From the NCBI RefSeq assembly GCF_009914755.1, contig NC_060929.1: DNA of 64,000 nucleotides. The stretch is one strand, 5' to 3'. Source of the stretch: the human T2T-CHM13v2.0 reference genome, Homo sapiens. Shown piece after piece: positions 28,107 through 44,884 of the stretch. Made by a program: the position numbers and the translations under genes. The notes beneath the pieces are model-generated. The model did not search any database and was not told where the DNA came from. It was given only the letters and a program-made list of their open reading frames with translations. How positions within the stretch are numbered: the stretch's first letter is position 1; each line of letters starts with the position of its first letter.

Positions 28107-28418
28107 TGCTGGGCCTAGTGGGACATGCCTGTAATCCCAGCAATTTGGGAGGCCGAGGCGGGCAGATCACCTGAGGTCAGGAGTTTGAGACCAGCCTGGC
28201 CAACATGGTGAAACCCCGTCTCTACTAAAAATACAAAAAAAAACCTAGCCAGGCATGGCGGCGGGTGCCTGTAATCCCAGCTACTCAGGAGGCTAAGGCA
28301 CGAGAATGGCTTGAACCTGGGAGGCGGAGGTTGCAGTTAGCCAAGATCATGCCACTGCACTCCAGTCTGGACAACAAGAGTGAGACTCCATCTCAAAAAA
28401 AAAAAAAAAAAAAAAAAA
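28107..28418 (+). mobile_element. Alu (AluSq/Sp-like)
   Basis: Full dimer with caagagtgagactcc end. Confidence 0.9.
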
Positions 28419-30284
28419 TTGCTCCCAATATGGAAACACAGAGACTCATATCAGAGAAAGGGCTAGGGCTTTTGGGTATAGCTTCAGCAGCTTGAATAGC
28501 TAAATTAAAATAAAAGAAGCTCTGCTTTACCATTTGATATGAGCTAAGACAAATGGACTTTGCCTTCATGTACCACTCCTGTGCTATGTTGCCATAGAAG
28601 TCCTCTGTGCCAGAGGGTGGAGTCAGTATTATCTGGACTTTGAAATGTAGGAGAGTTTTTTCCTAGAACTATGCCAAAACATTTGGGATATCAATTTGCA
28701 ACTGATCTTGAGTGCTTCCTCTGGGCTCATTCCCTTTTTTTATTGACCCCAAAGAGGTGTATTCTGTGTGTGTCCTGTCCTGTCTCTAACTTATATTTCT
28801 TCTTCAACAACATCTATTACTGAGCTTGCAGAACCCTGTAGGTACCCCTCCATCCATCTCCCTGCAGAACATCTAACACTCAACCCTGGATGTCTGCTTA
28901 TCAAATATTCTAGTTCAGACCCTCAGTGACCCACCTATTAAATATTTAGGCTCTGAAAGGAACCATACAATCTTTGTACGGCATCTCCTTCATTCATTCA
29001 ACAAATGTTAATTCTCTGTCTTTGTGAACGAGGTCCTGCCAGAGTTGGTGCGGCCAAAAGCAAGATTAAGACTCTGCAGCTTCATTGAGCTTTCTTTCAT
29101 CAACCTCTCATTCTCCAAACAGAGCTTAGATGTGGATTACACTATATGTTTAAAATGAACCCCTCAATTGCTTGAGCCCATTGTGCCACTGCACTCCAGC
29201 CTGAGCAGCAGAGAGAACCTGTCTCAAAAAATAAATAATAAAATAAAATAACCTCCTCAATGTTAAAGCAAGGCTAGGTCATAGCCTCCTTCCTTTTTCT
29301 TGTATACTATAAGAGTGTGATACTGTTTTAGGAGAATCAGCTGCTTATCCCTCTGCCATAAGGAATAGAAGGATGAGTATTCACCTAGGACAAAAATCTG
29401 GCTTAAAAAAAAAAGACCCTCATAAATTGAAATTGGTCAGGTCCTTCCTGTGAGAAGTACAGACCTACGGTGTTTCTGTTGTCAGAAAGGTTAAATATCA
29501 ATTGAAATAAAAACAAATGTTGCTTATTTGTATTAATTCAGGTACTCCATGAAGCAGATGTCAGGATGGGATTAAACATGCAAAAATGTTATTAGAGGAA
29601 ATGACTGTGAGAGAAGATGGAGAGGGAGTGAAGTATGGGAGAGCTGCAATGCAACTCTAAGCCTGAGCGAAGGAGGGAGGAAGGAGTATTTGGGTGGAAT
29701 CTCCCAGACTATCCAGTAATCTAAGGAAGGTTTGGCAAGGCTGTTGGAGACCCAGGGATCATGACAACATCAGCCTCAGAGGAGTCCTGTGTGACTCAGG
29801 AAGCAGCCTGCAGTAATAGTCCTGTCAGGTCCAGTCATTGTCTGGGAGCAGCATGTGGGAAAACACCTCTGTGCACACCAGCACGATAACACAAAGGTCT
29901 GCCAGGTGCATTCTCACCGCGGTCACGCTGTTGCTGGCAGACGCTCTCCAGCACTTAAGTAGATGTCATCAGATAATCACAGGAAGTCATTTCCTTTGGT
30001 GATCTAGAAGATGACTTGTGCTCCAGAGCAGCGTGACCATGGCCATGGTAAATTCGCTAGTATGAGCTAATTAGTGAGTATCTGAAAATGTTTCAGGCTA
30101 AAACCTCTTCCACCATTTCCATGTTTCTCTGGGTTGCATTAGGAGGTCTCCACTGATCTCTAACTCAGCTATTAGAGGAAAATCCCAACCAGTTGAGACA
30201 CTCTATAGCTTCATCTCCCCATGGAGGCAGGATAGAATACAAGAATACAGGAATAGAACACAAAAATTCTGGCTAGAGGCTTTA

Positions 30285-30614
30285 CTTCATTCTCTTGTGT
30301 TGCTCTAACAAAGTACCTGAGACTAAGTAATTTATAAAGAAGAGAAATTCATTTTCTCACAGTTCTGGAGGCTGGCAAGTTCAAGATCAAGGCAGGTTTG
30401 GTGTCTTGGGTGAGAGCTACTGTCTGCTTCCAGATGTTGCTGAGTCCTTCAGAGGAGACGAACACTGTGTCCTCACATGGTGGAAGGCAGAAGGGCAGGA
30501 AGGGCCAAACACTGTGTGAAGCCTCTTTTATGAGGGCCTTAATCCCATTCACCAGGGAGAAGCCCTCATGACCTAATCATCTCCTAAAGGCCCCCCTCTC
30601 TTAATACTGGGATT
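30285..30614 (-). mobile_element. Older MST-type MaLR LTR, host of a nested MSTA
   Basis: gttgctctaacaaagtacctgagact...cacagttctggaggctggcaagttcaagatcaagg. Confidence 0.75.
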
Positions 30615-31039
30615 TGTATTGGTTTGTTCTTGCATTCCTATAAAGAAATACCTGAGACTGGGTAATTTATAAGAAAAGAGGTTTAATTGGCTCATGGTTC
30701 TGCAGACTATACAGGAAGCATAGGAAGCATAGTGGCATCTGCTTCTGGGGAGGCCTCAGGAAGCTTCCAATCATGGCAGAAGGTAAAGGGGGAGCAGGCA
30801 CATCACATGTAAAGAGCAGGAGCAAGAGAGCTCAAGGGGAGGTGCCACACACTTTCAAACAACCATAGCTCACAGGAACTCACTCACCATTGCGAGGACA
30901 GTACCAAGGGCACAGTGCTAAACCATTCATGAGAAATCTGCCCCCATAATTCAATCATCTCCCACCAGGCCCCATCTCTGACACTGGGGATTACATTCTA
31001 ACATGAGATTTGGGTGGGGCACACATCCAATCTCTATTA
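30615..31039 (-). mobile_element. MSTA-like solo LTR nested in the older MST LTR
   Basis: tgtattggtttgttcttgcatt...catccaatctctatta; TSD ggatt at 30610-30614 and 31040-31044. Confidence 0.85.
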
Positions 31040-31814
31040 GGATTACATTTGCATTTACTGTGAAAACACTAATGAGGACGTTGTTCATTATAGGACACAT
31101 CTTCTTCTACTCAGAGTCTACCATGAAGACTGAACATCTCAGGGGTGGGTTCTAGGAATCATTTTGTATTCCTCCACCCATGCTTTGAGAAGCTGTTATG
31201 TGTCCTCACTTCATATGATAAAAATTGTGTAATTCTTCACATTTCCTTCTCTGTTGTGCAATCAGGAAGCAGAGAGCCTGTGTCTCTGCTAAATCTGCAT
31301 AGTCCAGATACTTGTTTCACTCTTCCTTATCTTGATTTGCCCCCTCTTATGCCCATTTTATTAATTTTGTGTCTTTTATAAGTTATCCTACCTAGATCGT
31401 TTGATAAAGAGGCAGGAAATTTTGGAATTAAATCTAGATGTACTTACTGAATAGCACTTTTCTGTGCCAAAAAAAATGAAACAACCATTTTTCCATTCTG
31501 TAAATGCCATCAACATCCTCCTTTCTTCAAAACCTCAGTATCAAAAATGAGCATAACAATTGCAGTCTTAAACAGATGCATGGTGACATTCTAGCTTTTT
31601 CCCCAGATTAGAGAGCACTTACACACTGACTGGGACATGATGATTTAAGGGACACAAAAAGAGGTGGGAGGGGACTGAACATTCCAACCCTCTGGACATA
31701 TGGTTGGTTTTTCTGGAGACCAGCCCAATCCAGAAGCTATCTAGGATCCCCTCAGCCAAGAGTCATCTCATTAGCCTACAAAAGACACTCTTTTGGTGGA
31801 GCAGAGGGAAGGAT

Positions 31815-32118
31815 GGGGTCTCCCTCTGTTGCCCAGAGCTACAATCTGTAACCAGAGCTGGAATGCAGTGATTCAATCATAGCTCACTACAGCCTCAAAC
31901 TCCTGCGCTCAAGTGATCCTCCCCCATCAGCTTACAAAGTAGCTGGAACTACAGATGTGTATCACCATGCCAGGCTAATTTATTTTATTTTTTTTTATTT
32001 TAAGAGATGGGGTCTCACTGTGTTGCCCAGGCTGGTCTCAAACTCCTGGCCTCAAGCAATTCTTCTGCCCCAGCCTCTGAAGTAGCTGGTATTATAGGTA
32101 TGACCCATTGTGCCAGGC
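31815..32118 (-). mobile_element. Alu (AluJ-like) inside an old LTR remnant
   Basis: Antisense degenerate dimer. Confidence 0.85.
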
Positions 32119-32789
32119 TCCAAAAGATACTCTTATCCAAGGGTTTTAGGAGCTCAATGCCGGGAACTGGGGATGAAGACCAAATACTTATTCTTTACTT
32201 ATACCTTATATTTAAGGCTGGAGATTATTACTAAAGTGCAATTTATTATCCAGAGGATTTAGCTATGCAAAAGGTGGGAAACTGTACCCCTGGACAGCAA
32301 ATCAAAAACAAATCTACATTCCCTAAAACATTAGCTGCTAGTTATAAGCATGACCTCAAAACCAGAAACCATCAGGGAGAAGGTTAAAAGAATTCTCTGG
32401 GTAAAACAAAATGTGAATTCCACACAGCAAAAAATACCATAGGCACATATAAATGATAAATTGAGGGCAGGAGGGGGTTGAAACAGAGATGAATTAATAA
32501 CCTGAATATATAAATTGGAAATTCATAAAGAAATGTCAACAAACACTTAGCATATAAAAATGCTCAGCTTCACTAATAGTAAAAATTAATTACAAATTAA
32601 AGCAATTATGACATTTAGCTTTCTCCTATTATTCAGAGAAGCCAATATTTAAAAGATAGATAAGATCCAGTGTTCTCTGGGGCAAGTGAGGGGTTACTGC
32701 TGAGTCTGTTGTGGGAATTCTGAAAACAGATACCACATTTGTAGAGGGGGATGATCTACAGTCTTAAGTATTTTTTCCCAATAGGAATA

Positions 32790-34600
32790 AACTATTGATT
32801 CCTCTGGTTGCTTTTCAGGTTTTTTCTTTGCCTGCCATGGATTTCTTTGGGTTTACTATGTTTGGGGTTTGCTCAGCTTCTTGAATCTGTAGGTTTACAG
32901 CTTTTGCCAAATTTATGAGGTTTTCAGCCATTATTTATTTTGTCAAAAAACAAAATTACAACAAATTTAGTGTAAAGAGCTAGTTGACTTTTATCTGCTA
33001 TTCTAGAAGCAGGCAACACCTCACTCTATAAAATGGGGTGAGTGCTCTAATGAGCTGAGCAGAGAAAGTTGGCTTCATAGGCAGAAAAGCTCTAAAGAGA
33101 GCAGATACAGAGAACAAAAAGCAGATAGCCCTTTCAAAGTCCCTTTCTGTAAAGAGCTAAAACAGAGGGGACTTCCTTATTATGCTCATTTGGGTTGGCC
33201 GGAATCACCTGTTTTTTGGAAAACTGGCTCTTTTAAAGTTCAATTTGATTAGGTGGCACTTAGCCTGAGTGACTCCATTCTGCTTAGGACTGGTCTGCTG
33301 TGGCCTAGGTGCAGGAGACTAGCCCAAAACAATGGCCTCCCGTAAAATTTAACTATTTGAATACTTTTTCAGTGCTGCCCTTTTTCTCTTCTGCCTGAAC
33401 TCCAGCAACATAAATATTAGATCTTTTGTTATAGTTCCGCAGGTCCCTGATTTAGTTTGTTTTCTCTGTTCTTCACTTTAGATAGTTTCCATTGTTCTGT
33501 CTTCCAGTTCACTGGTTCTTTCCTCTGTCTCCTCCATTCTGCTGTTGAGCCCAACCACTAAGCTTTTTATTTTGGTTATCATATTTTTCAGTTCTAAAAT
33601 TTTCATTTAGTTCTTCTTTATTTCTTCTACTTCTTTGCTAGGGCTTTCTATTTTTTCCATTTTTGCCGTGATGCTTTCTAAATTTCATGTGTTTCAAGTG
33701 TGTTCATAGTTGCTCATTGAAGCCTTATTATGGCTGCTTTAAAATATTCATCAGATAATTCTAACATCTCTGTCATATCAGTGTTGCCATCTATTGATTG
33801 TCTTTTTTCATTCTGTTTGAAATATTCCTGTTTATTTGTATGACAAACAGTTTCTGATTGGAAGCAGTCATTTACATATTATGTTATGAGAATTTGGATC
33901 TTATTTAAGCCTTTTGCTTGAATTGGCTTTCTGTGACTCCTCTCTGGCAAGCGAAAGGGAGGCATTGCCTTATTATTACCAGGTGGACGTAGAAGTCCAG
34001 GTACTCCACTTAAGCTCCAGTGACACCCAAGAGTGGGCATTCTCATTACTGCTGGGAGTCCACACTCCCTTCCTGATCATGGATACCATGGGAGGGAGGG
34101 AAGGAGGAGCTCATTACCACCCAGCAGGGATGAAAGTCCCAGCTCCTTACTTACCCTTCTCTGATGGCATCCCAATGGTAGTGTTGACAGGTCTTCTTAG
34201 TTTCACAAGGGTGGAAGTCTAGGCTACCACCAGACCTTTGCTGATGTAGCTGGCAGTTGAGCTACAATTTTTTCCTGGTGTTTGGTCTGAGGAGAGAGGT
34301 TATTATCTAAAAGTTTTCTATCTTGCTAGACTGCCGTTTTCCTGGTCCTTGGGCTAGAGAGAGCAGGCTTTGGTTGTGGCTTTTCTTTTTCTGTGCCTAT
34401 TGGCATTTCTGGGTTGGCAACTTGTTCGATTCCAAGTCTGAGATCTATGGAGCAGAAGGCAAACGCAGGGAACTCCCCATCCCCAAGCTCCCTAGCAGTT
34501 CTGCCTTTTTCCTCTTTCAGTCTTGTTCTGTTTGTTTTATATATAATGTGCAGGATATTTTGTTGTACTTATCAAGAAGAATAAGAAAAGTATATCTATT
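32790..34600 (-). mobile_element. Old L1M fragment (antisense), interrupted by an LTR
   Basis: T-rich L1M-type sequence (ctctgtctcctccattctgctgttgagccc...). Confidence 0.6.
32941..33353 (-). mobile_element. ERV1 solo LTR (MER57-like) inside an old L1
   Basis: Ends ...caggagactagcccaaaacaatggcctcc...aatttaac; interrupts an L1M tract. Confidence 0.55.
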
Positions 34601-34629
34601 CCATCTCAGTGTGAATTTTAATACTGTTT

Positions 34630-36440
<1,811 letters not shown>

Positions 36441-38011
36441 GTCTAAGAGAGAGACCTGGAATAGTTCAAGTCAAAGGAAACAGAAAACAAAGGCCTCCAT
36501 AGAAATAACATGTCTGAGAGGCAAGAGTTGGAGTCTGGGGGTAAATCCATCAACGTAAGAAAATCCAGAGGTAACACAGATCTGGACTAAGAAATAACAG
36601 ACACCAGAGTTAGGATACCAGGCCAGGAGACAAGAGTTCAGTGAGCTAGAAACTCAGGCTGGCAGAGTGGAATACAAAAAAACTAGCCTGGAAGCAAGTG
36701 GTCAAAGTATTAAGATGTCTTGATCTTCAAAAATGGTGTATGACATTGAGAGAAGGCTTTGCAAGTTAGACTTCCCTATAACCTCTGTGCTTAGGTCAGT
36801 AGGGCAGTAGTAGTTTGCAGCTGGTTCTCAATGACATTCATTGGACTGACTTGCCCAGGGCTAGAACTCACCTCAGGTAGAGGCAAGATATCAGAACTGT
36901 CTGCAGTGGAAGTTGAAGGCACCTCTCTGCTCATGCACTCACCTTGGTCAGTCACCTCTATCTTGATCCTAAACCTTCTTCCCAACTCTGTAGTAATAGC
37001 CTGAGATTCTTGCCAAGGCCAGCTTCCCAGTGCTGTGGTACGTCTGCCACAATGATTGAGATGCAGTGGTCGATGCAGTGCCCTTCTCCCCAAGGCTCTT
37101 AATTCTTAGGCGTAGACTTGAAGAAGCCAGGAATACTTGTACTTCTGCAGGGATGAGTGAGGTGAAGCGGGAAGACGGAAAAGCAAATGTTGCATTCAGG
37201 AATTTGTCCTTGATTGTGAGGCTGGAAAGACAAGATTGCTTTGAGAAGCATTATGAGGAAAGAAATGAAGAGCAGGGCAAAATGATAGACCTTTGAAGTT
37301 TGAGCCATTATTGAATATACAAGTCATTGTATAGTCTTTTAACAGTTTCTACATCAGCCCCTCACCTGTGTCAAAGATAAGCAGAGAGCCTATTATATGT
37401 AATGTAGATCACAAACAATTGATGTGGCATGAGATTCTTCTAATAGACATGAAATATGAATGTGACATGAGCCAGACATAGAATGGATTTTCCAGCTTGC
37501 CGTAAATCTGAAAGGAGCCCCAACCATCTAACATACTGGTGTGGGGGAGCTTCCTTTTCCCTCATTTCTCCGTCCCCAGTCCCTGCCACCAGCAAAATTA
37601 CTTTCAACCCTCTTTGCGGTAGAACTGAGAACACCAACAGAAGATGCATTTCATTTTTTGGGTTTAGTCTGTGCTGGTCAGCTTCCCTCAATACCCTAAC
37701 TGGGAAAAATAAGTCAATTTTCCCTCATCTCTTGAAGTCTTCAAAATGAAAGTATATGTAATGACAGGTTGAAATGGATTTTTTCCATCCATCAGGGTCC
37801 CTACTTTTCTCTCCCTGCTTTGTGAAAGTTGTAAATCTCTCAAAAGTCATAAATGTAGCTCCCGCGGTGTAGGCCTGTTCCAGCTCATTCCAGTTCTAGG
37901 TTTTGGCCTTTATGTTTTTCTGCGTCCAGGTGTTAACTTTCTGCTGCCACTATGTGGCTGTGGCCAAGTCCCCTGCTCACATTTCCTGTGTGCTTATGGC
38001 TCAGGGGCCAC

Positions 38012-38312
38012 TTTTTTTTTTTGGGGGGGGGGACAGGGTCTCACTCTGTCACCCAGGCTGGAGTGCAGTGACGCAATCTCCACTCACTGCAATCTCTGCT
38101 TCCCAGATTCAAGCAATTCTCCTGCCTCGGCCTCCTGAGTAACTGGGATTATAGGTGCCTTCCACCACTCCCAGCTAATTTTTGTATTTTTAATAGAGAC
38201 GGGGTTTCACCGTGTTGGCCAGGCTGGTCTCGAACTCCTGACCTCAAGTGATCTGCCTGCCTCGGCCTCCCAACGTGCTGGGATTACAGACATGAGCCAG
38301 CGTGCCCAGCCA
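38012..38312 (-). mobile_element. Alu (AluSx-like) with a G10 run at the tail junction
   Basis: T11G10 followed by an antisense dimer. Confidence 0.9.
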
Positions 38313-40209
38313 TTAGGGGCCATCTTTACCCCTCCTCCGTGGCGCTCGGGGCCAGGAGCGCACACCTTGTGAGATGCAGCCCACGCTCTCAGGGCCGTCC
38401 TGCAACTCTGCACAGACTCCCAGGGCCAGGCAAGCCTGTCTCATGGTGTCGTTTGGCCGCATGTTCCTGCCTTTCTCTGCCTACCTTCTTCCCTTTTCTT
38501 TCCCCCTTATGCCCCCTTATGCATGCACAGTTTCAGACATGAGGTCAGAAAGGATTTGAGGATCTGATTGTTCACACCTGCCGATCCCTGAGAGTCCTGG
38601 GCAGCTGCTGCCATCACCCAGTGCAGTGGGATTGGTCTCTTCCTTGATGAGCTAAAATCAAAACATTTTCCCAGAATTAAGCAACCCAAGCCCTTCCCTT
38701 AGGACTGTCCTTGTTTTGACAGAGTTCTCTTGTTTCCTCCCCATTCTTCAGTTCCGAAGGTCTGTCATCTTGGATCTCTTACTGACCAGCTGTGCGACCT
38801 CAGGGACACCACTCAGCCTAGCTGGGCCTGGATTGTTTGAGATTTAAATGAGGAGTATGAAATAAATAGCATCTCAGGGCCTTTCTAGCTCTAGAATTCT
38901 CTTCACTGTCGTCATCTGGTATTCTGCAATGGCAATTTCATTCATTCTTTCTTGAATACATTCTACGTCTAATATAAAGATAAATATCTCACTTATTTGT
39001 GAAGATTTTGGTACAGAGGAATCTTTCAGCTATCGCGACTAACCAACCTATGTAATCCACTCCATCCCTGGCCCTCTGCTCTGCTTGATTTTTCCTTATA
39101 TGCCTTATCATTATATTATATATGTTTATGCTTTGGCTATCCAGCAAAAGTCAGATTCATTTTGTCTCTGGTAGTTAGAAGTAGAGGGTGAAGGGGGTGG
39201 GGAATATATGCTTCCTGCTCCCACAACCTTGCCATCAGGCAATATATTACAATGGAAGCAAATCCTGCCAAGTGTACTAGCACAAAAACAGTCACAAAGT
39301 TTGTTTTTGAGCTCCAAGGAAGTCCATCTCGCTGTCCTTGGGTACTGAGCAAGCCCTTGCATGAAAGGGCCATGTGCTTGATATGCTGACAGCAGGGCCA
39401 CCAGACTTGTGGGCCAGCTAAACAAGGGAATGCCCCTTTAATTGTGGGGTGCAGGATAAGGGGGCTCTAGAATCTGGAGTCTAGACCAGGAGTACCATTT
39501 CACCAACTTGAGGCTGCAGGGCTTGGAGGACGCTTGTATGTTCATTAGGCTAAGGGCAGAACATTCTTTCCAATCATTGCTTATACAGAACAGCACTCAC
39601 ATCATCAGTGAAAAAATCATCTCCGTGGTCATTAACAAACCTTCTCATGCAGATTTCTAAAATGATCTTTAAAGCACTAAGTAACCATCTCTGGCCTGTT
39701 GATTCTTGATTAATGTGCTTTAAATTATATGGGTATGCATTAGAGACAATTTATCTATCAATCATATTGTTTATACTGAAGTACTTAAAGGAAATTATCA
39801 CCCAGACCTTATGATGAGAGGATGTTAGGTTGCATGTGTACTTGTTTAACTCACTAGAATGTTAGCTCCTTGAGGGCAAGACATTGTCTTCCTTATTTAC
39901 TGCCATAACTCTAGGTGAATGAATGAATGAATGAATGAAATATGCATTTGAGAATTAATTTGGCTATGGATGATAGTTTTCCTCCCCGTATGGGGTCCAG
40001 CCTCCCAACTTTCCAGAGTGAGCATTTGGGCCAGTGTAAGGGAGGGAGCACTGGTCTTCAGTCCTCTCTGCTGTCCTTTGGGTCCCTTTCCACTTCTTCC
40101 ATCACAGCCTGAGACCTCCTGATCCTTCAGCTGTCAGCTCCCCGTTCCTCATAAAGCATTGCCTATTAGAGATCCACCTCCCCCTCTCCCTCTACTTCAT
40201 CAACAAAGT

Positions 40210-40510
40210 GGAGGAAAGCACTGATCTAGGGGGTCACTGAATTCAGGTGCAGTCACTGCCAGAAAAATAGCTGGATAATTTTGAAAAGGCCTTTCACCCT
40301 TCTGAGCCTTGGTTTCCTCATCTGTGTGGTGGAGGGTGGGTCGGGCATGATGCTGGAAATTTTAAATGATCTCAACTTATTTAATTCTCATCCCAATCCT
40401 GTAAGAGTAGGTATTCTTACCCCATGTTCAGGTGAGGAAAATGCGGCACAGAGAGGGGAAGTAACTTGTCCTGGATCACTTAGCCTTAAACCCAGATGTC
40501 TGACTCAGTG
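40210..40510. mobile_element. MIR fragments
   Basis: ctgagccttggtttcctcatctg and gaggaaaatgcggcacagagaggggaagtaacttg cores. Confidence 0.6.
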
Positions 40511-40945
40511 GTGCTGCTCCCAGCACAGACATATCTACCTCCCCTCCCAGTAGGTGTGGGAATCTATTTTTAAACAGCTCACTTGGCTGTTGGGATGCAC
40601 AGCCATGTTCATGACCTTGGCCACAGATGAACTCCAAGGGGTGCTCAGTCATTCCATCATTATTTACCCTGGCCCAGGCCCTCACTCCCTAGCTAGGTTA
40701 ATCAGATAAACAAGACATAAAGGCTCCCGTTATTACCTTCCCAGAATATTTGATTTCAACAGGAATAAGCAGTCAAAAGCCCCTTATGGTGGTGGAGATG
40801 GGAGGGAGATAAAGGGCTACTTGGGATCCAGGGATTCCTGTCAGCTCACAACTTGTAGGTGAGTCCTTCTCCACTTGAGTGTAAGGAAGGCCCTGCTCGA
40901 AGGGGTGCAGGGTGCCATCTTGCCCTCATTAAGGAACATGGCCAG

Positions 40946-40947
<2 letters not shown>

Positions 40948-40980
<33 letters not shown>
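40948..40980. repeat. (CA)n microsatellite
   Basis: About 16 CA units. Confidence 0.95.
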
Positions 40981-40982
<2 letters not shown>

Positions 40983-43306
40983 ATAGATACTAGGGTAAGA
41001 CAGATTTTTATCTTTCTTTGAAGATTAGAAAACAATTGCATTCAGTCTTTTCTGACTTAATATGAAATTCATTTTTTCTCTCTGAAAAAAAAAATATGAT
41101 AGTCTGGTATCAAAAAAACAAATATGACCCAACTAATTTCCATTAAAATGTCTATTACAAAAATCGACTTCCAACATATTTGGAAGATCTCAGGAAATCT
41201 GTTAGCTCAGTCTTTCATTTAATAAGTAACATAGGTATCTGTTCCGGTCCTGAGAAGAGGTGGTGCTGAGTGACTACAAAGGCTACCCGGCTCCACTCCC
41301 CCAGAGGTGACCTGGACCTAAACAAGGCTAATTCTGGACAAGGAGATGTGCAAGATTGGTATAAACCAGCCCTTGGAGGGGAGTGGGAAGGGTAGCGTGG
41401 AGGGAATCAAGTTGAGGCAACTGAGTAACAGTTGGAAGAGAAGGAAACAATTCAGGTTAGGTGAGAAGCTGCCTCTGGTGAAATGAATTAAGCTCTGTGC
41501 TGTGAGAAGCAGAATAAACAAGGGAGTTTAATAAGAGCCTAAGCAGGAAGGGAGAAGAAAAAAGGGATGGGAAGCCTTTGGGTTGGATCCCTCTCTCTCT
41601 CCTCTCCAGTGTGCAAAGCATACTTTGCTGGCCTCAGTATCCCCTGCATCACATCATAAACACTTTCCCTTGGATGTTTTATGCTGCTTGATATTCCCTA
41701 ATGAACACACACAAACGAAGCAGGTCATATATGTGAAGGTGTTAATTGCAGAATCACTTGTTACCCCAAATTTGGAAAGCTCCCATTAGCCAATGGCATG
41801 GTTACAAGAATAATGGTTCCATGCTAAATAAATCATTTCATTTTAAGCAAAACATCAACATGAGAAAACAGTAATATGAATGAAAAAAAAGCAGAAAGCA
41901 AAATTGTCTAAATCCTCTGATTTCCTGTGATTTATATGATTGGAAGTACACTAAAGGGAATTCAGAAATGAAAACCATTTGTCAGAAAGGTGGAGTGGAT
42001 GTTTTGCTTTTATAATTTCCTTTGTATATGAAACCCACATCAATTCAAAGAATGCAGACATCCCTGGGAAGACAGCAGGATTCTCAACCCTGGATACACC
42101 TTCATGTCACGTGGAGCTTCTAAAAAATACTAATGCTTGGGCCCCAATAAAGCAATAAATTCAGAATCTCTGCGCATGTGGCCCTAGGCATCAGTACTGA
42201 ACACATCACTAAGGTTTGAAAGCTCCTCCAGGTGATTCTGATGCACCCAAGCTTAAGCATCATTAGGTCAGGGCATGGTTATACGTGCACTTTGGTTCAA
42301 TCAGATTGCTATCCTAATCCTAGGTTGAAAACACCTGCTTGGGAGTAGGAAATTTATTTAGGGGCTGGAGGGAGGTAAGCCGTTTAGCCCTCAAGAAGCC
42401 TTTAGGGGTGTGTCTAAGGCAAACCTGAGTGGGTACCATGAGGGAAGTTAGGGAGATGTGAGAGTACGGGGAGAGGCAGAGAACACCCCTATCCACATGC
42501 CATCCTTCTCCTGGCAAGCTCCTACTATTCCTTTCAGCACACTCCTAGTCTTGTCCAGCCCCCCTGAGAAGCTTTCCTTCAACTGCCACTACCCTCAGCT
42601 CGATATCACTTTCTATGCTCCTGGCTGCATAATACTTTGTGGGTATCTTCAACATTGCACTCAGCATGTATGTTACCATGATCTCGTCTCACCCATCTTA
42701 GTGCAAATGGAGGTTTCATCTTATTAATTTTGGGGTCTCTGGAGCTTAGTGCAGTGTTTGACACTTAGCAGATATTTAATGAATGATTATATGAATATGA
42801 AAAAACGCATAGAATATGTAAATTAGGAGTGTATTAAGGACAAATCTGCGTATTAGACAAATATTTAAGGGTTTCTTGTACTTTTAGCATTGTAATGTGA
42901 TAGCTTAGATGGATTCAGTGTTACAAAAGTTCTTTTAGGCTAACCTGATGACCTAGCCATCATTTTTAATATTTTTTCTCTAAGATAAATGAAATTCATT
43001 GTGTATTTCAAATAACCAACTTCCAGATGAATCTTTAGATCACAATGTCCTCCTGATTTAAGGACTGCCTATACTTTTCAAAATGCCCCATGCTGAGTCT
43101 TGAGTATCCCTCTTGTAACTTCTACCAATTATTTAACTGAGTTGTCCAGAAAAAGCTTATTTCCAAAAATTTATTCTAGACAAAAAGAACCACCCCCCCC
43201 CACACACACACACATACACACACACACTTTTACCCTTTAACAGGTAAATTCTATGAGCTAAGTCTGGATCTACACCATTTCAGGCCTTTTTAAAATGTGG
43301 CACTTA

Positions 43307-43592
43307 GGCCAGGTGCTGTGGCTCATGCCTGTAACCCCAACACTTTGGGAGGCCGAGGTGGGAGAATCACTTGAGCCCAGGGGTTCAAAACCAGCCTGGG
43401 AAACATAGTGGGTACCCCATCTCTACAAAATTTAAAAAATTAGCTGAGCTTGCTGGCACACATTTGTGGTCCTAGCTACTCGAGAGGCTGAGGAGGAGGA
43501 TCACTTGGGCCTGGAAGGTCGAGGCTGCAGTGAGCTATGATTACACCACTGCACTCCAGCCTGGGCAACAGAGCAAGGCCCTGCCTCAAAAA
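43307..43592 (+). mobile_element. Alu (AluJ-like)
   Basis: Dimer; TSD aaaatgt(g/a)gcactta. Confidence 0.9.
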
Positions 43593-43892
43593 TGTAGCAC
43601 TTAATTGTTCTTTTCTAATAATCTTATCAGTTGGTGGGGTAGATATTCAGCCAGTGTTTAAACAATGGCTAATAGTCACATGGTGCCTACCACATGCCAG
43701 GCACTGCCCTAAGTGCCACCATTTTTCAGTGTCCTTTTCTTCTTCCTAGGAGCCTCAAAAAAAACCCATATCTGGCCCTGCACTAAAGACAGAAAAATCC
43801 ACAAAGAGGCTGGATGTGAGGACAAAATTATCCTCATATCCAGAATGGAGCCAGTAGTTTTCTTTTCCCCACCACCAACTAAAACATAAAAT

Positions 43893-44220
<328 letters not shown>

Positions 44221-44884
44221 CTAGAACCCAATAAATCGTGAAGGCCCCAGAGAGGGAGCCACCATCCAGCTGCAGAGGTGGCCACATCCCCACCAGGTGA
44301 GTCTAAGTGCTGCTGCAAACCAGCTCCATATACCAGCACATGTGTCTCAGACCAAGGAAGTTTATGATGCAGGGAGGAGAGCCACCTTAATGGAATGAGC
44401 AACAAGGCAGCTGCAGTCACAGGGTACTTTTGGGGGAAATAATTTACATTTAAAAATTTTAAATAAGTAGATTGAGTACAAATTGAGAGCAAAGGCTTCT
44501 GGCTGAAGAGATGAGAAGCAAAGCATGGAGCAATAGAATGACACTAGATCATTTCATTCTTTCCCTTCAGTGCTTGTTGTTTAAGAGAAGGCATGAAAAC
44601 ATATTTGATCTGAAAAATAATGCATTAACTCATTCTACAGCTGAGAAGTCGGCAAGTCAGGGTTCTGCAAGCTCTGAGCTCCCCACCCTCAAAGGACTTT
44701 ATGAGCAAAGGTGACTCGTACTTTGGGTGTCTGCAGAAGCAATACAGTTTCCTTTAAGTAAGAACAGAGAGTAAATGAACTAAAAGCCTGTTTATTTTAT
44801 AAACAGATAACCCCAAGGGAGAATCACTTTGTGAATGGTTTTTCTAATACAGCTGTGTCTCTGATGCATTGAAAAATCATGCCC

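Noticed and set aside
44294-44302. Strong donor CAG|GTGAGT in intron 12
   Set aside because: No convincing pyrimidine tract or acceptor upstream; such 9-mers occur by chance in a 24 kb intron.
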